From the NCBI GenBank assembly GCA_947588275.1, contig CANPYJ010000005.1, forward strand, positions 1 through 54,411: 54,411 bases of DNA, in the 5' to 3' direction. How positions within the stretch are numbered: the first letter of the stretch is position 1; every line of letters starts with the position of its first letter. This DNA comes from an uncultured Alphaproteobacteria bacterium (GTDB lineage Bacteria > Pseudomonadota > Alphaproteobacteria > RF32 > CAG-239). Shown piece after piece: positions 47,190 to 54,411 of this stretch. The translations under genes and the position numbers were made by a program. Below the pieces are notes generated by a model, which was not told where the DNA came from, made no database searches, and saw nothing but the letters and a program-made list of their open reading frames with translations.

Positions 47190-48320
47190 GTGATTGCTTT
47201 TTCGCGCAACAGCCGCAGCATGCTGGCTAATTGGTGGTGGACGGTAGACAAATATTTACTGTTTTCCGTTTGCGCGATTATGATTATCGGTGCGTTTTTG
47301 AATTTTTCGGCCTCGCCGGCGGTGGCCAATCGCATTTCGGTCAGCAGTTTTCATTTTATCAAGCGGCAGTTTGTGTTTTTGCCGATGGCCGGGGCGGTGA
47401 TGTTGCTGCTTTCCATGCAGGGGCTGAAGTTTATTCGGCGCACGGCGGTGGTCGGTTATATTGTGACGGTGGGGTTGATGGCAGCCACTTTGTTTTGGGG
47501 CAACGAGGTCAAAGGCGCCAGTCGGTGGATTGACATCGGACCGTTTTCGCTGCAGCCGTCCGAGTTTGTAAAACCGACGTTTATCGTGGTGGCGGCCTGG
47601 TTGTTTGAGGGACAAAAGCGATATACCGATTTTCCGGGCAATGCCTTGTCGGTCGGGTTATTTGCGTTTACGCTGTTTTTGTTGTTGCTGCAGCCCGATG
47701 TCGGAATGTCAATCGTGGTGACGTTGATTTGGGCATTTCAGTTCTTTTTGGCCGGATTGCCGCTGTGGATCGTGTTTGCCTTGGGCGGCGCAGGTGTGGC
47801 GGCTTTGGGCGGCGCTTATTTGATTTATCCGCATGTGCAGGCACGATTTCAGCAGTTTTTGGCTTCGGAAAACAATCTGAGCTATCAGGTCAAAAAAGCT
47901 ATGGAAGCATTTGAAAACGGAGGTTTTTGGGGCGTCGGTCCGGGGGAGGGCGTGGTCAAAATGCATATTCCCGATGCTCATACGGATTTTATTTTTGCGG
48001 TGGCGGCGGAAGAATACGGAATGTTTTTGTGCTTGGTGATTGTGGCTTTGTATGCGGCGATAGTGGTGCGAACGTTGCTGATTTCATGCAAAGATCATAA
48101 TCTATTTATTATTTTGGCGGCATCGGGCTTGGCCGCAAGTTTCGGGTTGCAGGGGATTGTCAATATGGCTTCGGCTCTGCATCTGATTCCCACCAAGGGT
48201 ATGACGCTGCCGCTGATTTCTTATGGCGGTTCGTCGTTGCTGGCCGTTGCTTTAGGGTTGGGAATGCTGCTGGCCATTACGCGCAAAAATGTACATGCGG
48301 AGGAACGTGATGAAGGCTGA
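47190..48320 (+). CDS. ftsW: SEDS peptidoglycan polymerase FtsW
   Basis: WWWTVD, QPSEF.K, QPDVG, HTDFIF and KGMTLP.ISYGGSS. Confidence 0.95.
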   Translation: MIAFSRNSRSMLANWWWTVDKYLLFSVCAIMIIGAFLNFSASPAVANRISVSSFHFIKRQFVFLPMAGAVMLLLSMQGLKFIRRTAVVGYIVTVGLMAATLFWGNEVKGASRWIDIGPFSLQPSEFVKPTFIVVAAWLFEGQKRYTDFPGNALSVGLFAFTLFLLLLQPDVGMSIVVTLIWAFQFFLAGLPLWIVFALGGAGVAALGGAYLIYPHVQARFQQFLASENNLSYQVKKAMEAFENGGFWGVGPGEGVVKMHIPDAHTDFIFAVAAEEYGMFLCLVIVALYAAIVVRTLLISCKDHNLFIILAASGLAASFGLQGIVNMASALHLIPTKGMTLPLISYGGSSLLAVALGLGMLLAITRKNVHAEERDEG

Positions 48321-49431
48321 AAACACTAAACCTTTAATTATTTTGACGGCCGGCGGTACCGGCGGCCACGTCTATCCGGCTGAAGCTTTGGCGGAAGAAA
48401 TGGAAAAACGCGGTTATCGTTTGATGTTGGTGACGGACAAGCGCGGTAAAGACAATTATAAGGGACGTTTGGGCCAGATGCCCAATCGCGCGGTTTGTTC
48501 CGGCGGGGTGATGGGAAAGTCCGTTTGGTATAAAGGATTAAGTCTGTTTAAAATCGGGTTCGGTGTGCTTCAGGCTATTGAGATTTTGATTCACGAAAAA
48601 CCACAGTGCGTCGTCGGATTTGGCGGTTATGCCTCGTTTCCGGCCTGCATGGGAGCAATTTTGACCGGCGTGCCGCTGGTGATTCACGAGCAAAATTCGG
48701 TTATGAGTCGAACCAATCGGTTTTTGAGTAAATATGCAGCGCTCACGGCACAGAGTTTTCGACGGGTGAAATATGCCGTGTCCGAAGTTAAAAATGTGGT
48801 GTGCGGAATGCCGGTGCGGGCGGCAATCGTGGATGCGGCGACCAAGCCTTATCCTAAATTGGAAGATGGCGGAAAAATGCAAATTTTGGTCTTGGGCGGC
48901 AGTCAGGGAGCCAGAGTTTTTGCGCAGACCGTGCCGGAGGCGGTTAAGCTGTTGCCGGGTGAACTGCGGCAGCGACTGCGGATTTATCAGCAATGTCGTG
49001 CTGACGAAGAAGATGAAATTATGAGAGCGTATGTCGGCACGGGAGTGGAACTGACGGTGCGGCATTTCTTTGACAATATGGCGGAGCTTTATGCTAATTC
49101 GCATATTGTTATCTCGCGTTCCGGCGCTTCGTCGGTGTCGGAGATTGCGGTGGTCGGCGTTCCATCAATTTTGGTGCCGCTGCCGACGGCGGCCGATGAC
49201 CACCAGACCACCAATGCCGCGGAGATAGCGGCGGCCGGTGCCGGTGTGGTGGTGGCGCAAAGAGATTTTGTGCCGGCTAAATTAGAGCAGATTTTGGAAG
49301 ATTGGAGCAAGGATTATCCGCGTTTGCAAAAAATGTCCAAGGCTGCTCAAAATGCGGCTTTTCCTGATGCTGCCAAGCGTTTGGCCGACGCAGTGGAAGA
49401 ACAAATAAAACAAGCTGAACAAAGGAGGTAA
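48310..49431 (+). CDS. murG: Lipid II GlcNAc transferase MurG
   Basis: AGGTGGHVYP, GFGGY, HEQNS and GGSQGA. Confidence 0.96.
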   Translation: MKAENTKPLIILTAGGTGGHVYPAEALAEEMEKRGYRLMLVTDKRGKDNYKGRLGQMPNRAVCSGGVMGKSVWYKGLSLFKIGFGVLQAIEILIHEKPQCVVGFGGYASFPACMGAILTGVPLVIHEQNSVMSRTNRFLSKYAALTAQSFRRVKYAVSEVKNVVCGMPVRAAIVDAATKPYPKLEDGGKMQILVLGGSQGARVFAQTVPEAVKLLPGELRQRLRIYQQCRADEEDEIMRAYVGTGVELTVRHFFDNMAELYANSHIVISRSGASSVSEIAVVGVPSILVPLPTAADDHQTTNAAEIAAAGAGVVVAQRDFVPAKLEQILEDWSKDYPRLQKMSKAAQNAAFPDAAKRLADAVEEQIKQAEQRR

Positions 49432-49432
49432 A

Positions 49433-50359
49433 ATGCTCGGGTTTGGCAAAAAGAAAAACGCTTTGATGCGGTTGCTGCCGGATGTGCGGGGCAAATATCT
49501 GGCAGACGTGTTGATGGCAAGACATACTTGGTTTGCCGTGGGCGGTCCGGCCGAAGTGATGTATCTGCCCGCCGATGAAGACGATTTGAGTTGGTTTTTG
49601 AAAGCCAAGCCTTATAATCTGCCGGTTGCGGTGGTCGGCGGCGGGTCTAATTTGCTGGTGCGCGACGGCGGTATTCCGGGGGTGGTCATTAAGTTGGACA
49701 ATCCGCATTTTAAACAGTGGCGGCTGGACGAAGGCGGGGAAATTACCTGCGGTGCCGGAATGCGCAATGCCGACCTTAAGAAAATTATGTTGGACAACAA
49801 GTTCGGCGGGTTGGAATTTTTGGTTTCCATTCCCGGGCATTTGGGCGGCGCCGTCAAAACAAACGCCGGATGTTTCGGCAAGGAGCTCAAAGATGTGTTG
49901 AAGCGCGCCACAATCATCAACGGCGAAGGCGAAGTGCGCGAAGTTCCGGCAGCCGATTTGTCGCTTTCATACCGAGCCAGCGTGTTTCCCGAAGACTGGA
50001 TCGTGACGGCGTTGACGTTCAACATTGTGCCTCAGGCGCCGGAGGAAACTCTCAAAATCATTAATGAGCAAAAGGAATATCGTCTTAAAAGTCAACCGCA
50101 CAATGTGCGCACCGCCGGTTCAACATTCAAAAATCCGGAAGGGCTGCGTGCATGGGAGCTCATCAAAAAATCCGGCTGCGCCGATTTGCGCGTCAATGGA
50201 GCTGCGGTTTCGGACAAACATTGCAATTTTTTGGTCAATACCGGAAACGCCACGGCGCATGATATTGAAACATTGGGCGAAATGATTATTCAAAAAGTTA
50301 AGGAGGAAACTTCCATAACGCTTGAATGGGAAATTAAACGCATGGGAATTCACAAATAA
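49433..50359 (+). CDS. murB: UDP-N-acetylenolpyruvoylglucosamine reductase
   Basis: GGPAE, GGGSNLLV.DGG, IPG..GG...NAG, GSTFKNP and KHCNF. Confidence 0.96.
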   Translation: MLGFGKKKNALMRLLPDVRGKYLADVLMARHTWFAVGGPAEVMYLPADEDDLSWFLKAKPYNLPVAVVGGGSNLLVRDGGIPGVVIKLDNPHFKQWRLDEGGEITCGAGMRNADLKKIMLDNKFGGLEFLVSIPGHLGGAVKTNAGCFGKELKDVLKRATIINGEGEVREVPAADLSLSYRASVFPEDWIVTALTFNIVPQAPEETLKIINEQKEYRLKSQPHNVRTAGSTFKNPEGLRAWELIKKSGCADLRVNGAAVSDKHCNFLVNTGNATAHDIETLGEMIIQKVKEETSITLEWEIKRMGIHK

Positions 50360-50361
50360 CA

Positions 50362-51240
50362 ATGGCAGGCGAGGCAAACAAAGATTCATCCGCCCAGTCG
50401 GCCGCCGACAACGGCGTTCTGCGGCCCAAAAAAGAGTGGCCGCGCCGTTTGGCCGGAACCGTTGCAGTGTTGGCGCTGATTTGGTTGTTGGCAGGGCTGA
50501 TTTTGACGCTCAAGAACGATTGGGTCAATAAGCAACTTATCGAATGGCGCGATCAGTTTTATGATTGGTGCGGTGATCAGGGAATGGTGTTGCAGGATAT
50601 CATCATCAGCGGCCGCGAACGTACGACCAAACAAGAAATTATGCAGGCGCTGGGTTTGGATCGCGGTGCCAATATGCTCAAAATAGACGTCTATCGGCTT
50701 AAAGAGCAGTTGGAAAGTCTGCCTTGGGTTAAAGAAGCATCGGTCAGACGCGGCTTCTTGCCGAATGTTTTGATGATTTCGGTGGAGGAGAAGCAAGTCA
50801 AGGCCATCTGGCAACTTAACGAAAAATTTTATCCGCTGGATGCCGAGGGCAAGGTAGTCGATGCCGATTTTCGCGTCAGCGAGCCTATTTTGCTGATTGT
50901 CGGCGCCGGCGCACCGGAAAATTTTGCGGCATTGTTTGCTGCTTTGAAAGAAGGCGGAGAAAATTATCTGCCGCGAATTAAGGTGGCCAATTTTATATCC
51001 GGCCGGCGGTGGAATCTTATTCTTGATGACATCCGCGGCGGGGTGACGGTCAAACTGCCAGAAGAAAATATCGGTGAGGCGTGGAAAAAATTGGTGAAAT
51101 TGGATGAAACTAAAGGAATTTTTAAACGTAAATTAACCATCATCGATTTAAGATTACCTGATAAGATTGTGGTTAAACTGCGTCGCGAGGGCAAAGGAAA
51201 ACCACCTAAACTTACGCCTGTTGTCGAACATAAACTTTAG
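50362..51240 (+). CDS. ftsQ: Cell division protein FtsQ
   Basis: TM helix, POTRA (LESLPWVKEASVRR), RRWNL and IDLRLPD. Confidence 0.92.
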   Translation: MAGEANKDSSAQSAADNGVLRPKKEWPRRLAGTVAVLALIWLLAGLILTLKNDWVNKQLIEWRDQFYDWCGDQGMVLQDIIISGRERTTKQEIMQALGLDRGANMLKIDVYRLKEQLESLPWVKEASVRRGFLPNVLMISVEEKQVKAIWQLNEKFYPLDAEGKVVDADFRVSEPILLIVGAGAPENFAALFAALKEGGENYLPRIKVANFISGRRWNLILDDIRGGVTVKLPEENIGEAWKKLVKLDETKGIFKRKLTIIDLRLPDKIVVKLRREGKGKPPKLTPVVEHKL

Positions 51241-51250
51241 GACAGATGTT

Positions 51251-52510
51251 ATGGCCGTGCGCTCGTTTAATAAAACTATGACAATAGCCGCTTTGGATAT
51301 CGGTTCGTCCAAGGTCTGCTGCGTGATTGCCAGAGTGTCGCGAGATGAGCGGATAAATGTCATCGGCTATGGCTACAATGCTTCCAAAGGCATCAAAAAC
51401 GGCATTGTTTCGGATATTAATCAGGCCACGCTTTCGGTCGGCAATGCGGTTGATGCGGCGGAGCAAATGGCCAACGCCCATATTGATCGGGTGATTGTGA
51501 ATATCTCCGGCGACAAGATTAAGAGCGTTATCAAAGATTCGACCATACAACTTAACAAAAACCGTCCGGTCAACGAAAGCGATTTGATTAAGGTGATTGA
51601 CAAAGGAATTCACAAAATCAATGTCGAGGGCTGTGAACTGATACACTGTCTGCCGACCAACTATCGTTTGGATGGCGGCGAGGCAATTAAGGATCCTCGC
51701 AATATCTTTGGCGAAACACTGTCGGTCAACATCTTGCTTGGGCTGGTTCCGGACATTATGTATCGTAACGTGGTTTCGGTGATCGAAAACGCCAGGCTCG
51801 GCATCGAGGGTAAAACATTTTCACCTTATGCCTCGGGACTGGCTTGTTTGGTTGATGATGAACGCGAGCTGGGAGCAACCATTATTGACATGGGCGGCGG
51901 AACGACTTCGATCGCCAGTTTCAGGCACGGCTATCCGGTGTACTTTGCCTCGTTGCCGGTCGGCGGCAACAACGTAACCAATGATATTGCCTATGGGCTG
52001 ACAACCTCGTTTTCGCACGCTGAACGGCTCAAAACATTGCATGGTTGCGCGTTTTTGAGCACGCAGGATCAGGAAGAAACAATCAATGTCTATCCGGTGG
52101 GCGAAGAAGACGACAGCAGTATCAAACAAATTCCGCGGGCCGAGCTTATTCGCATTATTACGCCGCGGATTGAAGAAACTTTTGAAATGGTCAATGCCAA
52201 ATTGGCCGAGGCCGGTCTGAAAAACATATCGAGTCATCGAGTGGTGTTGACGGGCGGCGCCTCGCAGTTGGCCGGCGTGCAAGAGATTGCCGGTATGGTT
52301 TTGGACAAGCAGGTGCGGCTGGGACGACCGAAAAATATTTTGAATTTGCCCGATATTTTATATGGGCCGGCATTTTCAAGTTGTGTTGGCATGTTGTTGT
52401 TTGCTCATGTCGCGGCTGAAAAACGTCCCGGAAAAATTGTCAACAAACCGACATACGGCGGCGACGGCGCTTTTGCAAAAGTCGTTTCATGGTTCAAACA
52501 AAATTTTTAG
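51251..52510 (+). CDS. ftsA: Cell division protein FtsA
   Basis: LDIGSSKV, IDMGGGTT, VLTGG and C-terminal amphipathic W..QNF. Confidence 0.96.
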   Translation: MAVRSFNKTMTIAALDIGSSKVCCVIARVSRDERINVIGYGYNASKGIKNGIVSDINQATLSVGNAVDAAEQMANAHIDRVIVNISGDKIKSVIKDSTIQLNKNRPVNESDLIKVIDKGIHKINVEGCELIHCLPTNYRLDGGEAIKDPRNIFGETLSVNILLGLVPDIMYRNVVSVIENARLGIEGKTFSPYASGLACLVDDERELGATIIDMGGGTTSIASFRHGYPVYFASLPVGGNNVTNDIAYGLTTSFSHAERLKTLHGCAFLSTQDQEETINVYPVGEEDDSSIKQIPRAELIRIITPRIEETFEMVNAKLAEAGLKNISSHRVVLTGGASQLAGVQEIAGMVLDKQVRLGRPKNILNLPDILYGPAFSSCVGMLLFAHVAAEKRPGKIVNKPTYGGDGAFAKVVSWFKQNF

Positions 52511-52611
52511 TCGCCGTTTCAAAAAAATTATCAGCTTGGTAACCAAACCTTAAGGTATTGGATATTATCCTATATCCAAATGAAATTTTGGATTTGGGAG
52601 TAAGAATTACA

Positions 52612-54282
52612 ATGGCCATCAAGTTAGCAGTTCCGGAAAAAAATGTGATGCAGCTTAAACCGCGCATTTCGGTTATCGGCGTCGGCGGAGGCGGCGGCAA
52701 CGCGGTTAATAATATGATTTCCCAAAATTTGGAAGGCATTGACTTTATTGTGGCCAACACCGACGCGCAAGCGCTGGAGAATTCTAAGGCCAGCCGCAAA
52801 ATCCAACTGGGAATGGAAACCACTCGCGGGCTTGGCGCCGGCGCCAGACCGGAAGTCGGACGCATGGCGGCCGAAGAAGCTAAAGCCGAAATTGAACGCG
52901 AACTTGAAGGCGCCAATATGGTGTTTATTACCGCCGGTATGGGCGGCGGCACCGGTTCCGGGGCGGCGCCGGTGGTGGCCAAAATTGCCAAAGACAAAGG
53001 AATCCTGACTGTCGGCGTGGTAACCAAGCCGTTCCAGTTTGAAGGCAAAAAACGTTACGAAACGGCTGAAAAAGCGTTGATTGATTTTACCAAGGAAGTT
53101 GACAGCATTATCGTGATTCCTAATCAGAATCTGTTTAGAATCGCCGACAAAAAAACAACGCTGGTCGACGCTTTTGTGATGGCCGACAATGTGTTGTATG
53201 CCGGCGTGCGCTCAATTACCGATTTGATGATGATGCCGGGACTGATTAATTTGGACTTCGCCGACATTAAGTCGATTATGGAAGACAAAGGCAAGGCCAT
53301 TATGGGTACCGGTGAGGCCGAGGGCGAAGATCGTGCGGTCAAAGCGGCCGAACAAGCGCTTGCCAATCCGCTGCTTGACGATTGCTCCATGCACGGCGCT
53401 AAAGGGGTGCTGATTAACATCACCGGTGGTTCGGACATCACCTTGTTTGAGGTCGACGAAGCGGCCAGCCGCATCAAAGAAGAAGTCGATGACGATGCCA
53501 ATATTATTTTTGGCTCCAGCTTTGATGACAGTTTGGACGGCAAAATCAGAGTTTCTATCGTGGCAACGGGCATTGAAGGCGAGGGCATAAAACGCGCGCC
53601 GCAGCCGACGGTCGGCGCTCGTCCGGCCGCTGTTGCCGTGCCGACGGAAGATTCTGCCGACGGATTGAAGGTTGCGGCTCCGGCGGCCGCTGAGGTGTCG
53701 GAAACGGCAAATCCGCAACCTGACGAAGTCGAAGAGATTATTGAGACGGCGACGGTTACCTCGTTTAATGAGGCAGAGGCCGGTGAAAACGCGTCTATTG
53801 TTCTTAATAACGAAAAACCGGCAGTCAAGTTTGACGATTTTGATTCGCTGGATAAGTCGAGCGTTTTGGAAGACATGCCGAACGCAACCTCGTTGTTTAA
53901 GGCCATTATTAACAAAGCTGACGACATGAGCGAAGATTCTCAGGTGGAGAATGCTTTGTCTTCAAATTCAGATGTTTTTAGAGCTAAGGTTTCTCTGAAA
54001 GCGGTTGAGGAGGAACCGGAATTATTTCCTGAACATAATCCGGCTGTGGTTCTGCCCAAAAAGCAGGAAGAAACAGAGGAACTTATTGTAAATGCCGACG
54101 AAGAAGAACATATTCCGACTTTTATTGAGCGGGTTACCGGTTTTTCTATCGCTAAGAGGAATCGCAAGAAAAAAGAAACCGAGCGGGCGCAAGAGCCTGT
54201 GTCGCCGTCATTTTCCGACAGCGGATACGGCACCGAAGACCGCTTGAATCTTGAGATACCGTCTTTTCTGCGCAGAAGGTAA
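52612..54282 (+). CDS. ftsZ: Cell division protein FtsZ (long C-terminal linker)
   Basis: [21 protein letters not shown] and C-terminal LEIPSFLRR. Confidence 0.97.
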   Translation: MAIKLAVPEKNVMQLKPRISVIGVGGGGGNAVNNMISQNLEGIDFIVANTDAQALENSKASRKIQLGMETTRGLGAGARPEVGRMAAEEAKAEIERELEGANMVFITAGMGGGTGSGAAPVVAKIAKDKGILTVGVVTKPFQFEGKKRYETAEKALIDFTKEVDSIIVIPNQNLFRIADKKTTLVDAFVMADNVLYAGVRSITDLMMMPGLINLDFADIKSIMEDKGKAIMGTGEAEGEDRAVKAAEQALANPLLDDCSMHGAKGVLINITGGSDITLFEVDEAASRIKEEVDDDANIIFGSSFDDSLDGKIRVSIVATGIEGEGIKRAPQPTVGARPAAVAVPTEDSADGLKVAAPAAAEVSETANPQPDEVEEIIETATVTSFNEAEAGENASIVLNNEKPAVKFDDFDSLDKSSVLEDMPNATSLFKAIINKADDMSEDSQVENALSSNSDVFRAKVSLKAVEEEPELFPEHNPAVVLPKKQEETEELIVNADEEEHIPTFIERVTGFSIAKRNRKKKETERAQEPVSPSFSDSGYGTEDRLNLEIPSFLRRR

Positions 54283-54296
54283 TTTTTAGGTTCAGA

Positions 54297-54322
54297 AAAA
54301 CCGGCTCGTAAGAGCCGGTTTT
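54297..54322 (+). terminator. Terminator after ftsZ
   Basis: aaaa-ccggctc-gtaa-gagccgg-tttt. Confidence 0.75.
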
Positions 54323-54411
54323 GTTGTTAAACCAAAAATTAAGCATTTTGTCGATATAGTGTGATGTATGAAATATTTCTTGCGGAAAGAGGTATTTTGT
54401 GATAAAATAAA

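Noticed and set aside
54327-54342. CtrA box downstream of ftsZ
   Set aside because: Spacing is TTAA-N8-TTAA rather than N7.

Overview
Alphaproteobacterial chromosome segment: ccrM next to rnhB, CtrA-like boxes and ndk-DUF2066-AI-2E, with the look of an uncultured gut Rhodospirillales/RF32-type genome (inference). It has two parts. (1) Bases 1-~21,860 are visibly AT-rich and form the right end of a prophage-like element: a lysis cassette followed by ~21 kb of defence cargo. The cargo is a GmrSD-like DUF262/HNH nuclease, a type IB-like restriction-modification operon led by a WYL regulator, and a divergently transcribed Druantia type III pair (druH-druE). The hsdS of the RM operon is a four-state invertible shufflon with two nested inverted-repeat pairs (77 bp and 342 bp) next to an Mpi-like serine invertase. 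Four copies of a TGACA-N5-TGKCA-like palindrome lie between the WYL gene and druH, and a 15-bp direct repeat brackets the Druantia module. (2) Bases ~21,960-54,411 are higher-GC core genome: Pif1-WYL helicase, slyX, flavin reductase-rubredoxin, an autotransporter preceded by a ~280-nt highly structured RNA leader, peroxiredoxin, rnhB-ccrM, flgBC-fliE, rsmB/rlmE, two ppx paralogs, pta-ackA, ndk and a dcw cluster. That cluster cleanly lacks every peptide-stem ligase (murC/D/E/F, ddl). All family calls come from motif recognition by eye; no database searches were run.
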